From a virus (Duplodnaviria > Caudoviricetes), in the IMG/VR virus record IMGVR_UViG_3300013126_000034, positions 1 through 60,111 of that record: a stretch of DNA of 60,111 nucleotides; one strand, 5' to 3'. A program made the translations under genes and the position numbers. Below, in pieces: positions 45,548-54,355 of the stretch. A model generated the notes under the pieces. That model was not told the DNA's origin and ran no database searches. It was given only the letters and a program-made list of their open reading frames with translations. How positions within the stretch are numbered: the stretch's first letter is position 1; each line of letters opens with the position of its first letter.

Positions 45548-46510
45548 TTAGAGTTTCCGAACGAGGATGAATTCAGCAGTCGAGTTCGCTGCGGAGACTT
45601 CGACGTTACCCGAGTTGGTACCGTCTTCGAGCGAAAGAGCAATCTCCACGATATCGCCCGTGCCGAGCTGAACAAACGCGTTGACTTGCGGGTACCAGCG
45701 TGCGCCCGGGGGCGACGAAATCGCCATGCCGGATGCTTGGTAGTTGCCCGAGTTCTTCAAGACGGTCAGCAGCATCTCCATGTTCGCCGCGACGCCCGTG
45801 TTGTTGTCCACCTGAAGCTCGGCACGTACCTGATAGACGCCGTTAACGGGTGCCACGAAGCGGCTGTTGGCCGCGTCATACGCTGAATCAGGGTCAAGGT
45901 TGACCGTGTTGAACAGCAGTTTGGTATTCGTGGCGAGATTCGAAATCGGAACGGTCTGATTAACCGCCAGAGACGCCGCGATCGGATAGTTCACGCGCAC
46001 GGCATCCACAGCAGTGGAAATCGCCGTGTTCATCTGCGTGGTCGTCGAGTAGTTCGTCGTGATGTTCGTGAACTGGGTCTGGATGCCCGCGAACGTGTCC
46101 TCGAAGATGCTCTTCCACGCGCCGGAAGAGTAGTGCTTGATGTCGATGGCCTTCCCGGCACCGTTCAGTTCGATCCAGAAGCTGTAGTTGACCGGATTCG
46201 GGGCCAAGGACGATACCGCGTAACGGAGCGACGGGTACTGGGTGCCGCCGCTCGTGTCGATGACCGACGGCGAGACCACCGGGATGTAGGTCGCCAGAAC
46301 GTCGTCCCAGACCCACAGTTCTTTCCCGTCCTTGAACCACGGCCCGAGGTTGCTCGTCGGCTGCGCGGCCCCCACCGTGAACGACGACCACGGGACGGAC
46401 GGGGCGATGATCAGGCGTGCGGCAAACTCCTGCAGCAGGCCCTGCGGGTCGGTATCCAGACCCTCAGGAAGGGCTCCGGCTGAGACATCGAATGTAACGG
46501 GGTTTGGCAC
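45548..46510 (-). CDS. Virion protein with C-terminal C1q/TNF-like domain
   Basis: KLLFNTVNLD...YD....RFVAPVNGVYQV...VQLGTGDIVEI. Confidence 0.7.
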   Translation of the reverse strand: MPNPVTFDVSAGALPEGLDTDPQGLLQEFAARLIIAPSVPWSSFTVGAAQPTSNLGPWFKDGKELWVWDDVLATYIPVVSPSVIDTSGGTQYPSLRYAVSSLAPNPVNYSFWIELNGAGKAIDIKHYSSGAWKSIFEDTFAGIQTQFTNITTNYSTTTQMNTAISTAVDAVRVNYPIAASLAVNQTVPISNLATNTKLLFNTVNLDPDSAYDAANSRFVAPVNGVYQVRAELQVDNNTGVAANMEMLLTVLKNSGNYQASGMAISSPPGARWYPQVNAFVQLGTGDIVEIALSLEDGTNSGNVEVSAANSTAEFILVRKL

Positions 46511-46519
46511 GGTGATGAT

Positions 46520-46530
46520 AGTTTACGACT
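46520..46530 (-). promoter_or_regulatory. Putative late promoter box AGTCGTAAACT
   Basis: Overlaps the upstream TAG, 9 nt before the GTG at 46510. Confidence 0.65.
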
Positions 46531-46672
46531 AAAGCAGGGACGTGTAACCGTCGGACGACGACGGGATTTGCGAGTAGTACACGATGCCGCAGATCGCCGG
46601 GGACTCGTAGAAGATTTCCACGACCCGGGAACTGATCGGCCTCGCGAAGTCGAACTTTACTTGGTAGGGCAT
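46529..46672 (-). CDS. 47-aa hypothetical tail-module protein
   Basis: Below the track cut-off. TAATG overlap, MPYQVKFDFARPISSRVVEIFYESPAICGIVYYSQIPSSSDGYTSLL. Confidence 0.6.
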   Translation of the reverse strand: MPYQVKFDFARPISSRVVEIFYESPAICGIVYYSQIPSSSDGYTSLL

Positions 46673-46854
46673 TATCGGGTACAGACCAGACCGGCTTGGG
46701 CCTTCCCCTTCGCGTAGCCCGCGGCCTTGCGGTCCGCGTCACGCTGGGAGATGATGCTCTGGGACGACGCGACGGCGGACACAGGCGCACCCGTGCCGAT
46801 CTGGCAGGTGGCCGTGGCTACGTCGGTCTTGCGGTAGACTCGGTTGTAGGGCAT
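46672..46854 (-). CDS. Small tail-module protein (DUF5977-like motif)
   Basis: ATC...SIISQRDADRKA...KAQAGLVC. Confidence 0.6.
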   Translation of the reverse strand: MPYNRVYRKTDVATATCQIGTGAPVSAVASSQSIISQRDADRKAAGYAKGKAQAGLVCTR

Positions 46855-48638
46855 CAGGGGGCGGTATTACAGGGCGTTGGGTTGTCCAGAAGGCCGGTGC
46901 GGACAGGCTGGGCCGTGTCCACGTTCTCCACCAGACCCTCGGCGGCACCGACTCCGGTCTCGTCGAACGTGCGGGCGAAGATGCGGTACGAACGGAGGGC
47001 CGCTTTGCCGGACCAGACGATGAGCAGCGAGAACGCTCGGTCGTGGCGGTCTGTGAAGGGGGACTCGATGCCGCAGGTGCTGCCCTCCTGCCGGTCGTTG
47101 AGAATCTCGGTTGTGCGGACGACGCGTGACTGGGGCTGGTAGGCGAAGAGTTTCGTGTCGAGGGTGATCTGCTTGTTGTAGGTCAGGTTGCCCTCAGGAG
47201 CTACGAAGCGGAAGACGGTGAGCTCCTTGTAGTTCCCGCGCATGCCCGCCCAGTATACCTTCACGTCGAGCGTGCCCTGAATCTCCGTGAACTCCAGCTC
47301 CGCGAATCGGAACGTCTTCATGTCCAGCCCACGGGCCATCTCGTTGAAGTCCGTGTGGGCCTTGGTCTCGACGTAGCAGGTGATCGGCTGACCGTTGTCT
47401 TGCCGGGTGGGAATAAAGGCTTCCCAGATACGGTTCTTCCCGTCGTAATCGGTCGAGGCGTGGAAGATGCGCTGGACGCCGTTTACGGCGCCTACGCTCC
47501 ACTGCACGGGCCGTGTGCCGGTCCAGACGCTGTTCCACGCGCTCGCGGAGCCTGCGTTCAGCTTCTCAGCGGGCGACTGGTCCATCACCCAAGTGTGCCG
47601 GTTGAAGAGGTCGCCGGACGGAACGGAGAAGAGGACGTAGTTCTCGAACGCGATGGCCGCTACCTTGTCGATGTTCGGCGAGAGGTTGCCCTTGGAGACC
47701 GCCATCTCCACGTCGCGGTAGAGGAGTTCGCTGGACACGCGGCTCTGGGCCGCGGCGTTCAGGCTCGTGACACCGGTCATCGTCATCCACCAGAGCTGAC
47801 CGTACTGGGTGGCGATGGCCCGGCCAGAAGCGCACCCGATCTCGGGGAAGAGAACGCGCTGGAAGTTGGGGGTCGTCTTCCACGTCGCCCGGTCACGGAT
47901 GTTCGACTGAAAAATCGACGTGGTGTTCGCCGTGAAGACTAGAAGCTGGGGAACCTCTGTAGACGTGATCTCAGCGAGGCCGGTTACATTATCCGGCAAA
48001 CGGAAACTTCCGCCCTCGGAGAGGTAGTCGGTTTCGGTGAAGCGGAGCGGGTCAGCGATGTCCGAAACAAACAGCTCGTTGTCACGGCCCACCCACAAAC
48101 GGTCACCGGACCACTTCATCCAGACGCCAAGCGGGGTCTCGCTGTTCAGCGGAGACAGGTGCCGTGAGATTGAGCCGTCCCAGTACGCGGCGGGCGTGCG
48201 TCCGTCCTGCATCACCAGCACATCGAACGGGTCCACCACCGTTAGCGAGCCGTCCGGGTTCTGGACGACAGACTTCGTAGCCTTCTCGAACACCACGAGG
48301 TCAGAGCCGACATGAAACTGGATGTTCGGCAGCTCGCTGTAGGAGTTGAACGGATACGCGGAGACGTACACCTTGCCTGAAATCGCCACAACGTGGTGCC
48401 ACGCGCCGCCGGTCGGGCGGAACAGCGTGTACCCCTGCAGGCGACCCGGGGGCAGCTCGAAGACGCAGTTGTACCCGGGGCGGGTCTTGAGGACGCCGCC
48501 GCGGTTGGTCACGTTCATCGCGGAACGGTACTCCGCCTCCTGCAGGAACGCAGGGTCGAGCGACGAGTCCATGCCGCGAATCCAGAACGCCGAGCCCGAG
48601 AAGCCGAGCCCGCCCTGAATGAGCTTTGGAGGGATCAT
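46854..48638 (-). CDS. Tail nozzle / tubular protein B-like (beta-propeller)
   Basis: 594 aa, beta-rich, with TRPG, DRLWV, LFVSD and EIGC. Follows the adaptor gene. Confidence 0.7.
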   Translation of the reverse strand: MIPPKLIQGGLGFSGSAFWIRGMDSSLDPAFLQEAEYRSAMNVTNRGGVLKTRPGYNCVFELPPGRLQGYTLFRPTGGAWHHVVAISGKVYVSAYPFNSYSELPNIQFHVGSDLVVFEKATKSVVQNPDGSLTVVDPFDVLVMQDGRTPAAYWDGSISRHLSPLNSETPLGVWMKWSGDRLWVGRDNELFVSDIADPLRFTETDYLSEGGSFRLPDNVTGLAEITSTEVPQLLVFTANTTSIFQSNIRDRATWKTTPNFQRVLFPEIGCASGRAIATQYGQLWWMTMTGVTSLNAAAQSRVSSELLYRDVEMAVSKGNLSPNIDKVAAIAFENYVLFSVPSGDLFNRHTWVMDQSPAEKLNAGSASAWNSVWTGTRPVQWSVGAVNGVQRIFHASTDYDGKNRIWEAFIPTRQDNGQPITCYVETKAHTDFNEMARGLDMKTFRFAELEFTEIQGTLDVKVYWAGMRGNYKELTVFRFVAPEGNLTYNKQITLDTKLFAYQPQSRVVRTTEILNDRQEGSTCGIESPFTDRHDRAFSLLIVWSGKAALRSYRIFARTFDETGVGAAEGLVENVDTAQPVRTGLLDNPTPCNTAP

Positions 48639-49585
48639 TCGAGACGGTTGTAGGCGGCGGCAATGTTCGGGCCGCGGACCTGTACTTCCGGAGTGGTGAC
48701 GGGGTTACGGGACAACTGTTCTTTGGTGATGAAGTCGATGGCGCGAGCCAAGTACTTCTCGCCCTCGTCGATCTGGTCGTCTTCCATCTTCTGCGTGGCC
48801 TTGAGGGCCATGAGGAGGGCGAACGGACTGTGGAGCGGAATAAGGTCGTCCATCGTCTTCAGCTTGAAGACGCGGCGACGATAAATCACGCGGACCCAAC
48901 CGCAGTTGCGGGAGAGCTTGATGCGGCGGTAGGAGGGCTCGGTTTCGTCGGGGGCGTAGTCGCCGAGGAGAACGCCCGTGTTGACTCCGATGTCGAAGGA
49001 CGTGAGGCGGATGTAACCCTGCGTGACGCTCTTGCGGACGCGCACGATGCGGGAAAACACCTGCTGCTCGGGGTTCGGCACAGCGTACCCGAAGATCGTC
49101 GGCACCGGACAACCGTCCACCATCTCGCCGTTCACCTCGGTACGAATCCAGCGGTTCTGCTCGTCGTACCCGTACACCCAAAGCTCGGCGTTTGTGTCAT
49201 TCGGGTTCTCTAGAAACGCGATGAACTGCACCGGGGAGGGCGGATCGTAGAAGAGCGGCACGTCGCCCTTGTCGTCCCAAGTGTAGCTGCACGACTCGCG
49301 GCAATCGTCGCCCGGACCGTTCAGATGGAACGAGAAGAAGCGGTTGCGGGCCTGCGCGGGCGTGCCGCCGATGTTGATGGAGAGAGGGGTCTCCACCTCA
49401 CGGGGCAGCGTCACGCATGTCTCGCCGGGGTTCGTACAGATGTCCACGACGCCGATAAGCGGGTCCCAGTCGGACTCGTTCGCGAGCAGCTCGACGACGT
49501 AGTTCAGGCGATTGAACAGCGTCGCGTCATCGCAGTTGGCGAGAATGCGCTTGGCGTCTGAAGCGATGTCAGCGACGGTGAACAT
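48635..49585 (-). CDS. Head-tail adaptor / tubular protein A-like
   Basis: 316 aa with helical termini and a beta core (VTLPREVE), upstream of the nozzle gene. Confidence 0.6.
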   Translation of the reverse strand: MFTVADIASDAKRILANCDDATLFNRLNYVVELLANESDWDPLIGVVDICTNPGETCVTLPREVETPLSINIGGTPAQARNRFFSFHLNGPGDDCRESCSYTWDDKGDVPLFYDPPSPVQFIAFLENPNDTNAELWVYGYDEQNRWIRTEVNGEMVDGCPVPTIFGYAVPNPEQQVFSRIVRVRKSVTQGYIRLTSFDIGVNTGVLLGDYAPDETEPSYRRIKLSRNCGWVRVIYRRRVFKLKTMDDLIPLHSPFALLMALKATQKMEDDQIDEGEKYLARAIDFITKEQLSRNPVTTPEVQVRGPNIAAAYNRLE

Positions 49586-49984
49586 TTAGTACTTCTCGGG
49601 GTTATCGTCCTCGGACTCGTCAACCATGTCCTCTTCGTCAAGGTCTTCCATGATGGCGTCGAGGGCGTCCTCGGCGTCCATCTCTTCGCTCTCGCCTTCG
49701 TCCTCGGAGTCCATCTCCTCGCCACGGTCCTCGTTGTACTCCGCGTCCTTGCCCTTGCAGTCGCAGATGTCCGTGATCTTCTTGAGCACGAGTTCGACCG
49801 ACGTGGTTTCGCCACTACGGTCTTCCTTCTCGATTTTCGAGATGCGGGAGAACCGGAAGCGAATTTCACCCTCTTCAGGGATGTCTACGTCGGTGAGGCC
49901 ATCGAGCCAGAGCCGGGGGAACTTCTCCGGCCCACCGAAGGGCATGGGGACGAAATCTTCGCGTTTGAGGGAGACGGGTTTCAT
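49586..49984 (-). CDS. Highly acidic hypothetical protein
   Basis: 132 aa with a D/E-rich C-terminal half. Confidence 0.65.
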   Translation of the reverse strand: MKPVSLKREDFVPMPFGGPEKFPRLWLDGLTDVDIPEEGEIRFRFSRISKIEKEDRSGETTSVELVLKKITDICDCKGKDAEYNEDRGEEMDSEDEGESEEMDAEDALDAIMEDLDEEDMVDESEDDNPEKY

Positions 49985-49986
49985 GG

Positions 49987-52416
49987 TTAGTTGCAGAGGC
50001 CGTGGTATTGGAGACAGGCGATCACATCGGCCAACGTCGTGACGGGGCCCGTGTAACGAGATGCTACGACCTTCTGGCCGTTGATCCAGATTTGCTGAAG
50101 GTCGCGGTTGAGTACGATAGTCGGGGTTGCGCCCGTCATCACGCGGATATTACAGTCCTTCGCGTCAACCGAGACCGAGGACGCAAAAAGCCGGAGGCTT
50201 TCGATTGTTCCCGTGGTGGTCACGCCACCCGGTCCAAGAGTCGTCGATCCTCCGAGAGAACCCGTGACTTCGACGCCTCCTGCGGTTGCTCCGCTTCCGA
50301 TGTCAAAAGCTGCAATCCGAACGTAGGCGGTGCCGCCGTTTCTGGCCTGAAACTCCGTGCTGCCAACCGTGGACTGAGGAAACGCAATGTGCCGGAAGGA
50401 GCTGTTACCAAACGTGCTGGCGGACGGCGAGGCGTTAAGTACTCCGTCAGCGCCAGTGCCCGCCGAGAACGTGCCGCGCACTGTGACGTTGTTGAACTCG
50501 CCGTCGCCGTTGCCTCGGATACGCCAGCCAGAGGCACCAGCGGAGTAGTTGTCCGAGCGCAGGATTGAGGAGGCAGAGTTCGACAGAATGATCTCTTGGG
50601 CTCCGATGGTGCCTGCAATGAGCTTGCCCGCGCTGACCGAGCTGATCTGGCTGTCCACTAGGGTGCCAATCGTGATCGTGGTCGCGTTGACCGACCCGAT
50701 CTGGGCTGCGCTCACCGTGCCCGTAAGCGAGGCGGCGTTGACGGAGGTGATCTGGGACGAGGTGATGCCGCCCGTGATCGAACCTGCGCTCACCGAAGAA
50801 ATCTGCGACGAGGTGATGCCGCCGACGATGCTTGCGGCACTCACGGAAGAGATTTGGCTTGAGGTGATGGTGCCCGTGATGGCCGTGGCACTTACGGAGC
50901 CAATCTGAGAAGAGGAAATGCTGCCCGTAATAGACGCGGCACTCACCGTTCCGATCTGGCTCGCAATGATCAGACCGACGATGGACCCCGCATTGACGCT
51001 CGCGATGTCGGTGGCCGTGAGCGTGCCCGTCACCGAGGACGACGAGGTCACCACCGTCCAGACGTTGGCCACGTTCTGGTAAAGCGTCTGGTTCGTGGTG
51101 TTGAGGGCCAACGCGCCGATGGGGTAGTTGACGTTCGGAAGCGTCGGCAGCGTGCTCACGCGACGAACGACGGAGATGTCGCTCGCGATGAGCCGCTGAG
51201 TGTTCAGAATCTGGTCCGTCAACTGGGCACCGACGATGACGCCCGTGATGCTGCCCGCACTGACCGATCCGATCTGGCTCGCAGAGATCGAGCCAACAAT
51301 CGTCGCCGCGTTAACGTCGTTGATCTGGGTGGCCGTGATACCGCCGACGATGGTGTTCGCGTTAACCGATCCGATCTGCGTCGAAGTGATCAGTCCCGTG
51401 ATCGTGTTGGCGTTGATCGAGCCGATTTGACCTGCCGTGATCGAACCGATGATGGAGGCCGCGTTGACGGACGCGATTTGACCCGCGACGACGGACCCCG
51501 TGATTGAGGAGAACGAGATTGAACCGACCGAGAAGTACTGGGTCCAAGTGATCGGCGTCGTACCAATCGTGATTACGCCGGTCGTCGTGATGACGAACGA
51601 GGTGCTCGAATTCGTGGCACCCGAGTTAACGAAGACGTAGGTGCCGGTGACGAGTTCGCCGGTCGTGTCAGCGTCGGTTGTTCGAGCCCAAGTCCCGTTG
51701 CTACCAGTGCCAAGCGTCTGGACGTAGTAGACGCCGTTCTGCGATGGCGTGCTCTGGTCCTTGACGAGGACGCGGTCGTTGGGGGCCAGCAGAATGGTGT
51801 CCAGCGTGTCAGGCGCACCGCCCGTCAAGTTGATGTTAGCTCCGATAGTCGCAACGCGGACCGGGCTTAAAACCGACAAGCCAGCAGCGGCGGCGTCGGC
51901 GTAGGCTTTGGTCGCCGCGTCGCCAGAGAGAACCGGGGCCGGGAGCGACTTCACCGCAGCACCCGTGATGGTGCCTCCGGTGACGTTGCTCGTGTTGATC
52001 GTGGCACCCGTGATGGTGGGGTTGACGATCTGAGCGTTCGAGATCGTGCCGCCCGTGATGGCCACGTTCGTGGCGTTCTGCGTCGCCATCGTTCCGAGCC
52101 CCAGATTCGTGCGGGCGGTCGGGACGTTGGTCAGGTCGGAGAGGTTGTTGGCACGCAAGAGCGCGTCCACCGGGCCACCGCCGCCCCCGCCCATGCTGAT
52201 GTCTTCCAGCACGCGGGAGAAGTAGCACGCGAGCCCTTCGCCTTCAACGCGGGGGTAGCCCGGGATGCCCTCGTCGAGGTTACACGGCAGTTCCCACACG
52301 ACCTGCCCATCGACGCAGGTCTTCGTGACTTCGCCGAAGAACTGGGTAACGAAATTATCGACCGTGCTCGGCAGCGGCTCGTGGTCGGGATCGCAGCTAT
52401 TGTTGCAGCAAGACAT
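49987..52416 (-). CDS. Tail fibre protein with 17-aa Ser/Thr-rich repeats
   Basis: Cys-rich N-terminal domain, ANNLSDL, DAATKAYAD, DRVLVKDQ...NGVY, repeats such as SVNAASIIGSITAGQIG, and GWRIRGNGDGEFNNVTVRG. Confidence 0.8.
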   Translation of the reverse strand: MSCCNNSCDPDHEPLPSTVDNFVTQFFGEVTKTCVDGQVVWELPCNLDEGIPGYPRVEGEGLACYFSRVLEDISMGGGGGGPVDALLRANNLSDLTNVPTARTNLGLGTMATQNATNVAITGGTISNAQIVNPTITGATINTSNVTGGTITGAAVKSLPAPVLSGDAATKAYADAAAAGLSVLSPVRVATIGANINLTGGAPDTLDTILLAPNDRVLVKDQSTPSQNGVYYVQTLGTGSNGTWARTTDADTTGELVTGTYVFVNSGATNSSTSFVITTTGVITIGTTPITWTQYFSVGSISFSSITGSVVAGQIASVNAASIIGSITAGQIGSINANTITGLITSTQIGSVNANTIVGGITATQINDVNAATIVGSISASQIGSVSAGSITGVIVGAQLTDQILNTQRLIASDISVVRRVSTLPTLPNVNYPIGALALNTTNQTLYQNVANVWTVVTSSSSVTGTLTATDIASVNAGSIVGLIIASQIGTVSAASITGSISSSQIGSVSATAITGTITSSQISSVSAASIVGGITSSQISSVSAGSITGGITSSQITSVNAASLTGTVSAAQIGSVNATTITIGTLVDSQISSVSAGKLIAGTIGAQEIILSNSASSILRSDNYSAGASGWRIRGNGDGEFNNVTVRGTFSAGTGADGVLNASPSASTFGNSSFRHIAFPQSTVGSTEFQARNGGTAYVRIAAFDIGSGATAGGVEVTGSLGGSTTLGPGGVTTTGTIESLRLFASSVSVDAKDCNIRVMTGATPTIVLNRDLQQIWINGQKVVASRYTGPVTTLADVIACLQYHGLCN

Positions 52417-52419
52417 GGT

Positions 52420-54333
52420 TTAGTAGGTGCCGGGGTTGACCGTGAGACCGAGACGGTAGGTGGTGCCTCCGGGGAGGTTGGTGCCGTCTAACGTGTAGAC
52501 ACGGATGCGAGCCGTAGTCTTGGAGTTGGCGATACCGTTCCAGTCGTAGAGTACGCCGATGTTCGTCGCGACTACGTTCAAAGAAACTGGAATAGCCGGG
52601 GCCTTACGGCCCAACGAAGCACGCGTGATGTCCACGCTGAAAGTCTCGTTGGAAGTTCCGCCCATCGTCGTGACCGAAGCCGAGATGTTCACAGTCTGAC
52701 CGACCTGATTGTTGGACTCTCCGCCCACAGCGGTGGAGCTGTCGGTGTTGATCAGTGGGTACTGGTTCTCGCGAGTGTTGTTCGTCGCGATGTTGAATTG
52801 GGTGTCCGTACCGAACTGGAACGCGGTCGGGAAACTGGCGTTGCCGCCTTGACGGAATTGGTTGCCGGTGAAGGTGCTATTCGTGGACTTGCCGACCACT
52901 TCGACGCCGACGCTGCACGGCCCGAAGAGCGAGTTGCCGGTGAAGGTGCCCTCGTAGGCTCCGTTCAGGTACGCGATGTTCGCCGCGCCGTCGGAGGCGA
53001 TGAGCATGTTTGAGGTCACTAGGAACGCGTTGACGTTTTCGAGCTTCAATGAAGCAGTGCCAGCCGCTCCACGGGCGTCAATGTGGCTGTTGGACAGGAA
53101 AACTAAGCCCACGCGGCCCGTGACGTATCGACCGTCCCAGTCCAGACCAAGACCCGCGAAGTCCGCGTTGGGGTTACCCTTGACGTGCACACCCGTCTTC
53201 ACCGGCACCATGAACATTTTGTCGAAGACGATGCCTTCGGTGTTCTGGTCGGACGTGGAGACGCTGTTGTTGATGCTCGCGAATCCGATGTCCCAGAAGT
53301 TGAGCTGCGTGTTGGACAGTGAGAAGTTGACGCAGAGGCCGGTGAGGTCGATTCCTCGGCCCGTGAGACTGGCGTCGGTCGTCGGATTACCTGCGATGAA
53401 GCAGCCGTCCACCACCGCGTTCCAAGTCTGGTTAAACTGCACGCCGTTGGCCCAGTAGAAGAACGTGCTCGGGCTCTCGATGGATACGCGGGTGAGCTTC
53501 GATCCGGGCGACTTGTGGTAGCTGGTCGAGGTGCCGTTATCGATGAGGATCGCACGACCACAGAGTGCCCCGGCACGCAGCGTGAGGTCGGAGAAGCCAA
53601 CCGTGCGGCTCACTGAGGTGGCGGGGGTCGATCCGATCAACGAAACGACAAAGCCACCCTGAGTGGCCGTCGCCTGAGTAATGACGCTCACCCCAATGCC
53701 GTCGCCCCGGAACTGAAGATTAAACGCCGTGGTGTCCAAGGGAGCCGCGACGGCAATCGTGGACGTGACCCGGTAGTTACCGCGGGGAAAGTAAACGACG
53801 CCCCGGGTAGAGAAACCCGCGCCGTCGGAGATGCCCACCGTGGCGGCGGAGAGGGCCGCGTTCACCGCAGCCGTATCGTCGGCCACACCGTTACCCACGG
53901 CACCGTAGTTGCGGACGTTGAACACGGGAACATTTCGGGCGATCTCGGTGTCAACGTAGTCCTTGGGGGCCACGTCGGTCGGGTTTGTCGGGGTCGGCAT
54001 CCCGGTGATCGCACCGCCCGTGATGTTCACCGCGTTGGCGTTCTGGAACGCCATCGTGCCCAGCGAGCTGAAGAGGACGAAAAGATCGTTGATCAGACGC
54101 TTAAAGTAGCATGCGAGACCCTCGCTGGGTGAGCGGGGGTACCCGGGTACACCCGCGTCGAGATTGCAGGGCAGCGACCAGACGACCTGATTGTTGACGC
54201 AGGTCTTTGTGACCGACCCGAAGAACTGGGTCACGAAGTTGTCAACGGTGCTCGGCAGCGGCTCGTGCGCGGGGTCGCACTGGGTCTGGCACGGTTCACA
54301 GGGGCAGGGCGTACTGGGGGGCTGGCAGGACAT
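52420..54333 (-). CDS. Tailspike / depolymerase with pectate-lyase-like beta-helix
   Basis: FNVRNYGAVGNGVADDTAAVNAA...VYFPRGNYRV, followed by beta-helix rungs. Confidence 0.85.
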   Translation of the reverse strand: MSCQPPSTPCPCEPCQTQCDPAHEPLPSTVDNFVTQFFGSVTKTCVNNQVVWSLPCNLDAGVPGYPRSPSEGLACYFKRLINDLFVLFSSLGTMAFQNANAVNITGGAITGMPTPTNPTDVAPKDYVDTEIARNVPVFNVRNYGAVGNGVADDTAAVNAALSAATVGISDGAGFSTRGVVYFPRGNYRVTSTIAVAAPLDTTAFNLQFRGDGIGVSVITQATATQGGFVVSLIGSTPATSVSRTVGFSDLTLRAGALCGRAILIDNGTSTSYHKSPGSKLTRVSIESPSTFFYWANGVQFNQTWNAVVDGCFIAGNPTTDASLTGRGIDLTGLCVNFSLSNTQLNFWDIGFASINNSVSTSDQNTEGIVFDKMFMVPVKTGVHVKGNPNADFAGLGLDWDGRYVTGRVGLVFLSNSHIDARGAAGTASLKLENVNAFLVTSNMLIASDGAANIAYLNGAYEGTFTGNSLFGPCSVGVEVVGKSTNSTFTGNQFRQGGNASFPTAFQFGTDTQFNIATNNTRENQYPLINTDSSTAVGGESNNQVGQTVNISASVTTMGGTSNETFSVDITRASLGRKAPAIPVSLNVVATNIGVLYDWNGIANSKTTARIRVYTLDGTNLPGGTTYRLGLTVNPGTY

Positions 54334-54344
54334 GGCGTGTACTT

Positions 54345-54355
54345 AGTATACGACT
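54345..54355 (-). promoter_or_regulatory. Putative late promoter box AGTCGTATACT
   Basis: Overlaps the GT gene TAG, 11 nt before the tailspike ATG. Confidence 0.65.
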
